Positions 40,684 through 60,255 of a stretch of DNA of 64,000 bases are shown here, one piece after another. How positions within the stretch are numbered: position 1 is the stretch's first letter; each line of letters opens with the position of its first letter. Source of the DNA: Azolla caroliniana (Eukaryota > Plantae > Polypodiophyta); contig JBHGNT010000001.1 in assembly GCA_043228905.1 (NCBI GenBank), forward strand, positions 33,356,001-33,420,000, in the 5' to 3' direction. The notes under the pieces were generated by a model that did not search any database, was not told the origin of the DNA, and saw nothing but the letters and a program-made list of their open reading frames with translations. Position numbers and translations under genes: made by a program.

Positions 40684-42406
40684 TATATCTTCTCTCTTAA
40701 CTAATTTCTTCTAATCCATCCATCCATTGTATAGAGGAGCCCCCATTTGTTGGAACACCTAATTCCCTGCCATTCTTATTCATTAAAAAATTTCTTCAAT
40801 CGGGACAAATCAGCCATGGAGACAGATCCAAGATTAGAACTGAACAGCATCTACATATCAGATCAGATCAGAAATGATTAGTTTAGATTGGCTCACCTGA
40901 CGAATCATGGACATCAAGGGGCGCTTGTGTCAGGCTTGATCGTTTGTCCTCAGCACATTTGAAAACAAACCGAGGGGATAGATCCGATGACCAGAAGGAG
41001 ATAATAGTAAAATCAAAAAATGATATAATTCTGTTGATATGAATATTAATTAGATTTGTGTAAAAATTAGTAGCAGTAGTTATTACAGAGCGTAGGCTCC
41101 TGATTTATAAAGCCTGATTGTAGTGAATTATATTGGTACTAAATCATTCGGATAAGGAGGAGTTACAGAGTAGAGAAGGAATTACAAACACAGAGAAACC
41201 CAGAGAACAACTGATTTTGTTAACAATTTATTCAAATTACTAATTTGTCAACAAATCTCCTCCTCCTCCTCCTTGTATTTATTTTATTTTTGTTGACACA
41301 CAAATGAATGAAATTCTGCTCAAAGTCAATCCATATCTCTTAAATATATGTTTATTTATTTATTGACTTATTTATTTATTTATTTATCTATCTGTTCAAT
41401 CAATTTAGTACTGATTTATCGTGAATTTATATACCTTACTAATTAGTGCATCTATTTAATCTTTGTTTTAAGTACTAATTAAAGTTTTATTTTAGTAAGA
41501 CAATTGTGGCTGAAGTTTTTTTTGGACAAATTCTGGGAAGAACACACCGCCACTAATAGCTATTTCATGATTATTAATCCGCTCAATATACATAATCAAT
41601 TGAAAAACAAAAAACAAAAAAAACAAAAAAAGGCCCCCCAAATAATAATAGTAATAATAATGTTATAACTTATATATAACATTATATTCTTTTTCAACTA
41701 ATGGCTGAGCTTTTTAATTACTGATTCAAGAGCTCGATCCACCATCATGACAACGACAGCAATGACAAATAACTATTATTTATTATGTACAGGAGCCCTC
41801 CCATAAATTCACTGTAATATCCACTAACCCACCACCAGAAAAAACAAAAACAATAATATTGACAATCAAAAAACAAAATGTCAGGAAGGGAAAAAATAAG
41901 AAAAACTTTAAGCCGCTGGAAAATCCACGACAGGGAAATTAGCGAATAGGTTTCTTATAATAATAAAAAAGGGCCCCCCCCCCTCCATAGTTTTAGGGCA
42001 AGACCTAGTTTCTTAGGAATTGAGTGTAGGTAAGGAATTCCTACTTGTTTTTGTGAGGTAACCTCCAATTGTATACATAATTGTCTTTTAGGAGTGCAGA
42101 AACTAGACCATTGTTTCTAATTTAACCTAATACTGTAAGAATCATCTAAACTCTTTGTTTTGGGGCCAATCATTAAGTAAATTCCAATATGGCATTTTTG
42201 TGTTTACAATTAACAGATTGTCTCTTGTATAACACCAACATATGGTTTGGACATTAAAATGGGACATGCCTTAATTTTTTTTTTCCCCTCTGCCATGAAA
42301 CTTGAGGAGAATCCAAAACACATCTTATGTACTTACATCCCTGATTGTTGATTCAGTCATTTTAAGGTTGTTTTATGGCAGCTTTTATAAATTCAACCTA
42401 TACATT

Positions 42407-42472
42407 CATGTAGCTTAATTGGTAACGTTGTCCAATGGAGACCAAGGAGTCATGGGTTCGACCCTTTGGCAT
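42407..42472 (+). mobile_element. tRNA-derived (SINE-like) head with Pol III A and B boxes
   Basis: A box TAGCTTAATTGG (42411-42422) and B box GGTTCGACCC (42455-42464). No acceptor stem can be paired. Confidence 0.55.
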
Positions 42473-43119
42473 CTAGGATATGAATGGAGTAATAGAGAGG
42501 TGAGAAATTTAGATGTGTATACATGGAGATATATCAATATGGGTAGGAATATATCTCCACAAATTACTGTGGTTTCATTATGGGTAGGAATATATTGCAT
42601 TATGTGCTTAATTATCATTGAGACTATGTCCAACATATAACACATTGAGTCTTGATTAAGGTGCAATTATGTTGGGAAGAACTTGCAGAAGATTATGCCA
42701 TGCCAATTGGTCTTTTGTTTCATGGTTTTAATACATATTGTGGGTTTTGGACCATATGTTTCATAAGGAAACTATTCTGAGGTTAATTGATATTATAGGC
42801 ATAACCTTACAAATCAATTCTATACCTAATTTTTCCATTGGCTAAGGTTACAACAATAATAATAATAACGGGTATACAAGATTTCAAACAAACTATTGGT
42901 AAGGCTAAGTTATCTTGTTTAGATCTATTATCCAACGGCCATGGTATAACATATCAAAGTTGTCCTTGGTTTTCTTAATCTACATCACCATGATCTTAAT
43001 GTATGTGGTGTAACAGTTTTGGAGATGGTTTACAAGAGCATTAAGCGTAGAATTTATATGCATAAGTTAAGTTGGGAGTCATGACTATACACAATATTTT
43101 GAGTTCAAAAATGTACCAC

Positions 43120-44000
43120 AATGCATCCTTCAATGGTTTTCATCCAAACAAACTTCAGAGATCTCCGTGACATGGGCGACATCTTCTTATTGGTTAGGCT
43201 TTCAGCCCTTTACACATCACATGCACACCTCCACCTTATGTCACTCCTGAACTTTCTAAGTTACAATCTAGATTGGTTTTCTATGAACTTAGATGTTCCA
43301 AAATGTTTAAAACATATCACAACTGCATTCTTCAATGATTGTCTTCATAACAAACCTCACAAATACCACGACATGGGTCACATCTTCCGATAGGCTAATG
43401 TTTTTGGTTATCCAAACAAACCTCATGAACCTCCATGGCATATATCACATCTTCCAACAGGTTAATTTTTCAGCCCATCACACCGCACCTCCACTTTTAT
43501 GTAACTCCCAAACTTCCTAAGATACAATGTAGAATGCTTCTCTATAAAACTTCCAACATTCCCATTCTATAAACTTCCAGACATTTCCACTCTTCTCAAT
43601 AATTCTTTCTAAATCACTTTCTAGATGTTCCACAGTGTTTGAAATTTATCACAACTGCATCCTTCAATGATTAACACAGTTATACAGTAATTCAGACAAA
43701 CTATTGGTAAGGCTAAATGTTCCAACACTTTTAGACATTCCAAAGACACTTTCTAGATGTTCCACAATGTTTGAAATTTATCACAACTGCATCCTTCAAT
43801 GATTGTCTTCCTAATAAACCTCATGGACCTCCATGACATAGCTTACATCTTCCAACAGGTTATGTTTTTGGCCCATTACACACAGCACGTTCACCTTATA
43901 TGGCCCCGAACTTCCTAATATACAATGTAGAATGCTCCTCCATAAAACCTCCAACATTCCCACCATAGAACTTCCAACATTTCTACTCTTCTCAATAATT
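43120..44000. repeat. Nested degenerate direct repeats
   Basis: Recurring TGCATCCTTCAATGA, ACATCTTCCAACAGGTTA, TACAATGTAGAATGCT, ACTTCCAACATT and CTAGATGTTCCACA blocks. Confidence 0.75.
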
Positions 44001-44576
44001 TTTTATATATGTTACAAAATGTTTAAAATATATTCCATCCATGTTCCACATATGCCTTACAAAAAGTTTTCGAACCAACGAATGTTTCATGCAACAAGTC
44101 GCATATTTCCCATATTCCATTATTTAAGACACTAGATTGCCTTCCAATTTTAGGAACAAAAATATCATTAAAACAATTGATATATATACTTTGGGAAGAA
44201 AACCCAAGAGCACCAAAAAAGACAGAAGACCACTTCGAGCTAGATAGAGGGTACTAAACCTACACATTATTTATCCATTTATATAAGAAGAGTCCTATCA
44301 AACGCATACTAAACAGAATACTCAAAGAAGAAGTGGCTCTCCTCTTTTTACTATAACACCATACAATAGATCATCAGAGTCATGTTATATCACCTAGGGT
44401 CCCATCCACAAAAGTGTGTTCATACCAAACATATTGAAACATCACCATTTGGAGGCCGCGTCCAAACATGCAAATACTAAAAATGCACCGTTGACATCAA
44501 AAAGCCCTTCTAGAAGATGCAAAACACCAGATTACTGTTGTTGAGTAGAGCCTTGAAGATATATCCACCCAGCTTT

Positions 44577-47500
44577 CTAATAGAAATCATTGCACGAACA
44601 CTCACCATCCTTGAAGTGATGAATACGATAAGCATCTCTAATAATGATATTGCGTTTCTCTATCTTTGATATGAACTTAGTGGCATTGTGGCAGTCTGCA
44701 CACACACGAAGATTCTTCGAAACTCGGATTGTTGTACCAGGGGCTGTGTTGATGAGACCGAAAGCAATAGCAAGTTTCTCACAATGCCCACATAGAGCAT
44801 CTTCTCTGGCCTTATCAGAAAGAGGATCGCGCCTTACAACTCTTCTTCCATCTTTAAACACCAGCCTCATTTTGTCAATCTTCGCAGTTAGATCAGTACC
44901 TCTCATTAGGCTCATCTCATGCTCAGGTTCTATTGCAACTGATGCTGGATTGGTCCATGCCTCTAGTGCTTTCTTCACTGCATGCAATTTCTTCGCATCT
45001 GCCATCAGATTCTCATTGAGACACACATCAGATATTGAATCATAATCTGAAGCAAGCTGATTATCCACATAATCCTCCACGTTCAGGTACGCTTTGTAAT
45101 TGGAAACGAGAGAGTCCCAACTCTCCAAATTGGAAGGTAAAGACTGTCCTCCAAGATGTTCATTAACTTCACTTAATCGCCCTGCATGGTCAAAAGCACC
45201 AACAAAGTTGGCATAGTGAGTTAGTGATGGAGCAGCACTATATACCTCACCCATTGACTTGAGAAGGTCCACCGCTTCATTGACCAAAGCCTTCTCCTTA
45301 CAGACAGAAAAGAGATTAGTAAATGTAGTCCCATTGGGTTTTACTTCCTTGATCATATTCTCCAATCCTTTACGAAGAAGGCCAAAATCTTCACTATACT
45401 TGCCCAATATTGCCAACCACAAGTTCCAAGTGGAAGCCTCGCGCATGGGCAGCTTCTCAAAATGATCCTGGGCAACATCTACCCCTGACAATTTGGCATA
45501 TAATGCCACAAGGGCCCTTCCAATGGCTCCATTAGCCTCAAAATCCCTTTCAATCACATACGTATGAATCCGCTTCACATCATTGAGGCTACTGGTAGCG
45601 AGACAGGATCTGAGTGCAATAAGTACTGAAGCATGATTAGGCTCCACATCCTGCTGCATCTCATGGAAGAGTTTGAAGGCTTCAGCATAGTTGCCATGAT
45701 GCACAAAGCCTTGTAACATCGCATTGCAAGTCAAGACATTGCGTTTAGACTGCTCAAAAATCGCATGTGCATTCTCAAGGCTGCTGCATGTGGAATACAT
45801 ATCAATTAGTCCACTTGAAACATATGGATCAGTCTCCAGCCCCCTTTCCTTGATGTGCTCATGAACCATCTTACCATTTTCAAGGGAATTTCGCTTTGAA
45901 ATCCCCTTCAAGAGACTGGAATACACAACATTAGTCATTTCCCTTCCATCCTGAACCATCTCTTTGTAAAACTGTAATGCTTCCTCGAATGCCCCATTCT
46001 GGATATAACCTGCCACCATAGTGTTGAGTGCATCATTACCAGAAAGCTTTGCAAACACTTCCCTCGCATCTGAGAAGCTCTTAAACTTGCAATACATATC
46101 AATGAGCGCATTTCCAACAGTTGGGTTAGCTTCCAGGTTGCTTTCTTTGATCTCTTCATGGATCTGTCTTCCCTGAGTGAGGTCTTCCATCAGAGATGCT
46201 GCTTTCACAATGTTGGAATATGCTACATTATCCGCCTTCAGCCCACTGTCCTTCATTTCTTGGAAAATACGCAGTGCCCCTTGAACATCAGCTTGGTGAA
46301 CATGGGCAGCAATCAACGCACACCACGGCAGCAGCTCATTCTTTGGTAGTTTTTCAAAAACAGCTCGGGCCTCATCAAGGCTGCCTCCACATTTCGCATA
46401 CATATCTATGACAGATGCCCCAACTTCAGGGTTCTTCTGATGCTCCCAATAGTCACTGGTTTTGTGAAAAGCCACACCTTGCTCCAATGCTGCTTGACTG
46501 ACACATGCTTTGTGAAGTGCAACATATGTGGAAGGGTTCACATCTGTAGCATTTTTCTTAATCATCTCCTCCCAAACGCCAACAGCACCATGTAGGCTTG
46601 CATAGTCGGCATAGGCTGCCATCATTGAATTCCATACTGCAGCCTCTCGTTTGGCCGATTTCTCAAATACTTCTATTGCATCTGGTAGGCTTCGGCATTG
46701 AGCATACATATCAATGAGATTACTCTCCACAAGCACATCACTTGCAAGCAAACACTTATTAATGTGGCTATGCACAATCTTCCCCTGTTCCAAAGCTCCC
46801 ACACTTGCAATTGCTTTCAGGACACCAGCAAAAACTATGTTGTTGGGCTTCAAATTGGCATTGATCATCTGTTGGTAAAGCTTCATGGCCTCATCTGGAA
46901 GTCCTTGTTGGGCATATCCTGCTATAGCAGCACTCCATGTCAGTACATCTCTTTTGGGAGAGGTATTGAATTCTCGAGTGACCTCTTCAAGGCCACCACA
47001 CTTAGCATATGCATCCATTAAAGCTGTGGTGACCATTATATCAGACTCGTACTCTGTTCGTGCCACATGATGATGTATGACCTTGGCATCAGCCAGTGAA
47101 CCCGCAGCAATGGATCCTTTAAGTGCGCCAAGGAAGGTGAAATCATCAGGCTCTCCATGCACATCAAGCATCTGATAATACAACTTCAGAGCTAAATCTC
47201 CTTGCCCATGTCTAGCATTTGCTGAAATAATTGCATTCCAAGTGTAGACATTAGGTCTCGTCAACAGAGAAAAAACTTCGTTTGCTTCATCAATACTGCC
47301 CAAAAGGTTGAACATGCGGATGAGATGGGTTCCCACATAAGCGTTGGGTTTGAAATTGGTTTCCTGCACTAGTTTCCAAATCCCTCGTGCTGATTCTAGA
47401 CCCATGTTGGCGATGCAATGATGTATAACAACCACCCAAATGGAATTATTGACTCGCATTTGTTTGGCGTGCATATCAGCTTGAGCAGCATGGGCTTCTT

Positions 47501-48225
47501 CCCAGTTGCATTCTTCTACATGCTTCCGGAAGTTCCCGAAAACACCTGCATATCCTATCTTGTGCTCGGAGGGAGAGAAACTACACACAGAAGCACCGGA
47601 ATGAGTTAAAACTATGAGCCACATTGGGCCTTTCTCGGAAAAACCCGTCATGTGGAATCGGTGGGTTGAAAGTATGGAGACTACAATAGAAGGGGAATTA
47701 TGTGATTACAACAGGCCGATGTAATGACCAAAATAGAGCATCGAAACAAGATAAAGAAAACAGTAAATTTACCCAAAATATAGCACCAAAACACGAGACT
47801 GTCAAGACAGTCAAAAGCTCTAGAAATTAAGCACCAAACAGACAGTTTCACGGGATGTGGTACCGGAAATAAGAAGAAAGTAGATCAAGAATGCAGCGAT
47901 GTAGAAGCGTATTAAGCGCATACCTGAGCTTCGATTCGCTTAAAGGAGACTCGATGTCCACGACCCCAGCCTCTACAGGCGGAGATTCTCCCTCGGCTTT
48001 AAGGGAAGAGTCGGCGACGGTGGAAGAGAAACGACGAGAGGCAGAGACATTGCCATAGCTAAGCGAGGCGAGGGAAGGACGAACCAGGGAAGTAGCAGAA
48101 GCAGGAGCAGGAGCAGGAGAGGAAGGGAAGGAAGTAGTAGAGAGAGGGGAAGGCCTGTGAGGGGGGGCGTGGAGAGGGGGGAGGGCCTTGGCGCGTTTCA
48201 CCGCAGCAGCGATTAGCCTACCCAT
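44577..48225 (-). CDS. PLS-class PPR protein with C-terminal DYW-family deaminase (KP-like subtype), probably mitochondrial
   Basis: Exon 1 (48225-47924) encodes an Arg/Ser-rich presequence ([13 protein letters not shown]...RRFSSTVA) and ends AG|GTATG. It joins in frame to the acceptor at 47581/47580, optionally via a 36-nt exon at 47680-47645. Many PLS motifs follow ([31 protein letters not shown]), then LCGHCEKLA...[10 protein letters not shown]...[14 protein letters not shown]. Confidence 0.93.
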
Positions 48226-48800
48226 AGCCAGAGATCTGTCAAAGAAAGAAGAAAGAAAACACAGCAGACAGGGAATGGAAAAAGGAGGAGAAGAAGAAAA
48301 TCACAGAGAACAGGGGAGGGGGAGAGAGAGAGAGAGAGAGAGGTCTGAGAAACCCTACAAACCCTAGGGCTTTTGGAGGAGGTGGAGGGAGGGGGGGTTC
48401 CTTTAGGGTTTTAACACCGCCATTGAGCCTCTCATGTGTGTATGTGGTGTGAACACGCCCTTGAGAGAAGGGGGGGGGGAGGAGGAGGCATGGCTCTTCC
48501 TGACATGAACAAGCCCAACCTAAATGCCTCTCCCCCTGCGATTGATTCAAGCCAGCTTCAACTTCACATCCATACGTATGCACCATCGCCCATTTTCAAG
48601 TACGTATGCTCGCCATTCCAAGTGTCTCCCTGTCCATCTCATCCGCGGTGTCCTCAATGGGACACCGTATATATATATATGGTGAACCGACACAAGCGTC
48701 GTGTTTCACGATCACGTCAATCACCCCCTGCTATAGCACTAGAAGCCGAACCCCGTTGTAGCACTCGTGAAACTTCGAGGCGCTTGCGTGCATTTCCTTC

Positions 48801-48803
<3 letters not shown>

Positions 48804-48863
<60 letters not shown>
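48804..48863. repeat. (CT)n microsatellite
   Basis: Directly visible. Confidence 0.95.
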
Positions 48864-48868
<5 letters not shown>

Positions 48869-51800
48869 TATGGGACCCCCCTTATAGCCACATGTTTCTA
48901 AACTGTTGAGTAGATATTGAGCTCTCGACATGTTTCTCACTCTGTGCGACTGTTGTACAGTCATCACTACTCATGGCCACCCTTTGGTATTGAGCTCTCA
49001 AAGGAGAATGGTGCAAGTTGCTAAGCCAACATTGATTCAGTCTTGCGTGGTTGATGTTGGAATGTTTCTCATTTCCTCGACCAATGTCTCACATACTCAC
49101 ATTTGATGTTAATTTGAATAGGATTGAAAATTTCAATTGCATTGCGTTTATAAACACGGTGGAGTATGTCAACTCTTACGAATAACATTCTTTGTTAGGA
49201 ACCTTGTCATATTGAATCTAAATATAGCTATGTTCATAAAATATTATAATTTATGCTTGATCATCCATTACGTTGTAGAACAAGACTATACTATAATACT
49301 TTATCATAGATAATAAGGCTTACTTCGTGTTGGCAAAATTAGGAGGTCGAACCTTCTAAAAAGTCATTATTCCATTTTCTTTACTTGATTATAGCCCATT
49401 GGATGTTGGAATCAAGAACCTTCTCTACCACGAACTCTTAATGAAATGGAGCCATGATCACAATCGAGTGCATTTTTGTAACTTGGTTGACATTTGTGAT
49501 GATCAATGAGATTGGATCATTATGTCTCATGAACTTGATTAGATTATTCTGCTTCAAACATGGGAGAAAGATTTGGTCATAATACCTAGGATAACAAAGG
49601 TAAATCTTGAGCCTAGATAGATAAATATATTTTAGCGTCCATAGAGAGGCCAATATTGACCCATAGAGAGTAGCTTTGAAATCTATAATTCTATTTGCAG
49701 AAGTTCCCTCTCAAATCACTAATCTATAACATAAGATGGTTAACATGTATTATATAAGTCAATCTCCATAGGAAAGTAACCCACTCTTAGGCTTGCTAAG
49801 AGTCGATTTGCCACGTGCTTTGCCTATATGCTTGGTGGACAAATAATCTCCTTGGACCTCATTCTTGTATGTTGTTGCTAGACTATCTTTGATATATGTA
49901 CTTGAGAGTATGTGACCATTCCTTGGCGCTGACTTTAACAAGCATAATAATCATGATTGCTTATAGTTAAAGCTTATATTGGTATGCATAGGTGTTGGGT
50001 TTTGTAGGCACCACAAAGACCATTTGATTGCAAAACAGTCATTGAACATGTCCACAGTGCTCTTCCAATAGATGTTAAATTTGTTGCTTGTTGATGAACA
50101 TGAATCACTGATGTCCTTCCCCTAAAGGATAAGTTTTTGTTTGAAATAAACATGAAAGTATGGGATGAACAATAATAACTTGACATCTAAATTAAAGGTA
50201 TATTACGACAATAACTTATTTGGATTAGAAGGATGACAGTCTTGATAAAAGACATGACTTAACACGTGTTTAGTTTATCGCATGATACATAATGGCACAA
50301 TGTGAAATCATTGCCTTTATGATCGTGTAGTAGACTTTAGATGTTCCACAAATGATCACGTATAGATATATACTTCTTGATATTCTAAATGGAATACATC
50401 GACACAATGATATGCTAGGAAAGCCTCCACTTTGCAATGTTTATTGTTTGAAGGGGTTGATGTTGCATTCACTGTAGAAAGTATCCATACATATAGATTG
50501 AGGTTAACCGACAATAAGCCCAAGAAAAAGGTTTTGTTTGTATGTACCAAATTCCCACACCATTATTTGCTCCTGAATGATAGGATTTGAGCATGTGACC
50601 TCCATCACTTCGAAGTTTGTTTGTTACCAAATTGCGTTATACCTATTGGATTTTGCTAATCTAACTTCTAGAAATAGATACAATTGAATGATTCAATCAA
50701 GTGGTTTTAGGTATATTTGATCCAATCGTTGTCTAAGACTCTACAACAACCATCTAATGTGGGTACAAACTCATTTAGAGTGCAACAAAGCCTCTACAAT
50801 GGCTAAAAGGCTAGCATGTCAATCTTCCACTTACTTGATGAGGTGATTGATGGATTACCTAAGGGTGAACTCCTCGTGATTGATTAACAACTATAATCTA
50901 TTCAATATGGAAGTCTATGTGTACTGCCATGGATGTTTTTATATGCCCTTCCTCACTGATGCAATGTTCTCACTCGCATATGTGATATTACTAGATTAGG
51001 TTTTCACCCATAAAATTTTGTTTGAAGACATTGTGGTTTCCTGGGACGCCACACCCTTCCCCACTCCATGAATTCATCTATAGATGCAAAAATAGTTATT
51101 CCTTACACAAGTTACAAAAGGCAATTTCCGTGTTTAGTATTGACCCCCCCACATTGAGCTACACATACAACTCTCATTGAATATAGATTTCCATGATATC
51201 ATATAGAAACTGTTGAAGTGGCTTTCTTCTTCAATCACTTCAATCTTAGTAATTAAGACATACAAACAAAAACTTCATGACCAATACAAATAAAAACGTC
51301 TCTAAATGGTACTTCCACCATGCTAGTTATGACTAAAGAATTTACTTCCAAAGAAATGAATTTACAACATTGAGACTAGTATATCCAAGTGAAAGTGACG
51401 GTATTCCCTTTGCATAATTGTTAGGAATATTGAGTTACAAAATATAGCTAAAAGTTTAGAGAGCTTATTTCATATGATCCTTGTTAATGGCGCACAAGTC
51501 TCATCATGTGTTGGCAAGATTAGGAACATTGTTGGCTTGTACTTCTTTATTTATATCATGCATGAGGAGATCAAAATAATTTATAAAGTCAATGGCCAAA
51601 AAGAGATTAAAATGTTCTAAAGGGTCTACGTAACATTCGTGAACTTCTTCGTGTTGACTGGTTTGATGTCCTAAACCTTTTGAGCTCATTTGGCTATGCT
51701 TTGCCCAATATATTTTTAAGTATTACGAGTGGCATTTCTCTAAATGGACACAAAGTTAATAACATTTGATTATTTTAAAATAGAATTTTTTATGTGAAGC

Positions 51801-52665
51801 AAGGCAATGGGAAAACCAAAAATCGATAGATCATCAAGAACACTTATATTGCTTAGAAAGGATTATGATGAAGCTTATAAAACTAAGGAAAACTCAAAAT
51901 TGTACTTCTAAACATTCTATGATGTCTCAAATTGAATTATAAACAATGAATGTGGCCCAGATAGCTTCACAAGCTGATCTAGTTGAAACAGTCGAGAATC
52001 TCATAATTATAATTTTTAGAAACTCAACATAAACCCCAATTCAAATCAATAAACAAATGATGTGCAATGAAGCTAACTTCATGACCCAACCTTAGCTTTT
52101 ATTTGGATTATGAACTGCTAGATCAAGTTAGACGAGGTAGATGAATGCTACCTACTCGATAGAAAGATAAATTGACATCTTTTGAATGACCACAGTAGAC
52201 CTTTTTGCGATCTATGAGATGGGGTTGTGCCCATGGTCATGATCGAACTTGGGTTCTCGTAAATTTATGCTTTCATACAAGTATGTAAATAAACAAGCCA
52301 ATGGTTAGAGAGAATGATTACGTGGGGAGGTTTCTCGAGGACCAAACATGGGTTATGGTTGGGGGAGGGGGGGGTTGATTATGGATTATAATTAGTGTGC
52401 TAATCTAAATTAGGACAAGGATTGAGGTGATGATAAAGAGTGGAGGTTTAGTTAGTTTAGCGGTTAATGAAGGGTAAGAGGTTCTTCATTTTTACCCACA
52501 AAACATGTGAAGACACCAAATATGTACTCAAAATATTATCCACACTTCTTCTCATTGGTTAGCCATTGATTCTGCTCTGCTCTGCTCTCCTTCTCCTTCC
52601 TCATTACTCTGCCTCTGCCTCTCTCACTGACAGAGAGAGGCGCCTAAAGACAGAGAGACAGAGAG

Positions 52666-58531
<5,866 letters not shown>

Positions 58532-59165
58532 CATACGTTGTAGATTTTGCCATCCTTGTACACCTTGTCAGTCACGTCATATATATGAGCAATCAAAGCG
58601 TATTCTTTAGCCTGGCCTATTATTTATTTTGTTGGCCTATTAGAACATCAGTATTATAATATTTCACTTAATCACTACATTTGAGAGGAGCAGAATTTAC
58701 CTGTATAGTAGAAAAATAAAATAGAAAAGGGAAGGTTGATGCCATAAGAAGAGCTCTCATTATTTATTTATGTTTTGCACAAGAATGAGATTGTCTTGAT
58801 CTGAGTATCATTTGCTTTTTTATAATATTCCCTCAGCTCATGCAGTACCATCATTTGCATTTGCTCCAACTGATGATTAACTGATAAATATTGTCTGACA
58901 TCCACCATAATATATGTTCTCATGACATTTAGGAGGTTCAGTATTGTTGAGAATCAAACTCAACTTCCCTAGTGTGGGGGCACACCTTAGGAATACCCAA
59001 GTGTGCGAACATCCACCTCCTTGTATCATAAACTAGTCATAGAAGTTAAGTCCTATGACACATATTCAGTAGGTAGTTAAGTCTCCACCACTTTTCAAAG
59101 TGGTGGTTGTAGTTTTGGCTATTATTCTTGTTAATACAGTTTTACTATTTTCTGTATACTCAGTG

Positions 59166-59224
<59 letters not shown>

Positions 59225-60255
59225 ACATTCTGCTGCACAGAATCATATCCAATTCTTTACAAGTATTTAAACCCAAAGATTAAAAAGGAATATGCACTAT
59301 AATATTTGTCGCCAGGTTCACATGAATCAACTGGATACTCAAAAAATATTTGCTTGCAAACGTCCAAAAAACAGTTGACCTCATAGAAAATGAAGAGTGA
59401 GATATATAAAAAAAGATCAATGTCTCTAATTTCACACCGTGTAGTTGGATTACATTCTTGCACCAAAGAGAGTGCAACTAATTGGATCCCTCACTTTATA
59501 TCTTTTCATTGCTCACCAATTCACCACATTCATCCATATTACACATCGCCTGATCCAGTATAGAGATGCCTACACCTACATTAACTGGCCAAGGAGGTTC
59601 TACCAAATGGATCTAGCTACGCCACTTAACATTGTTACGTGCCAGCTCTCTGTTATATCATGCTTTTTCTGTATCAAAATTCTTGCAACCAACACATTGT
59701 TTGTGATTATAGAGGGTCTCCCTTCAGATGCAAATCACTATAAAAAATCACAAGTTCAGTGATATAATCCATATGACTACAATGATTTGTTTAAAGGTGG
59801 CCAAACTATGGCAATAAACTGATATAAATACAACCAGCAATAACCTTAGGACTGGTTCACATTAATTAGCATACTGCTGTCTAAATTCCCTAAATATCCA
59901 CTCTCATCAAGATACACTTGCCTAAGCAGTCTTTGGAACTGAACCATTTCTTGCAAACTATCTTCCAAATACCCTTGCTTAGTTAGTGACTTGAACTAAA
60001 CCATTTCTAAACTCACGCAGTTGCAGCAATCTCCTCATGTCTAATTGTATTTACACTCCATTGCTGTTGAGCTTCGTAAATTAATCTGATGCTTCATTTT
60101 ATTACCAATTTCGAAATCATGATCAATCATTATTATTAAATTTAACTATGAATATGCACATTCTTGTAAGAATCTTTAGCTGCAATTATGATTTCAACTT
60201 TCCAAGTGGGCAATCTAAAGTTGCAGACTAGTTAGATTCTATTAGTAATGTTTAC

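Noticed and set aside
743-44000. Direct-repeat clusters as a CRISPR-like array
   Set aside because: Units are contiguous tandem copies without unique spacers, the context is eukaryotic, and there are no cas genes.
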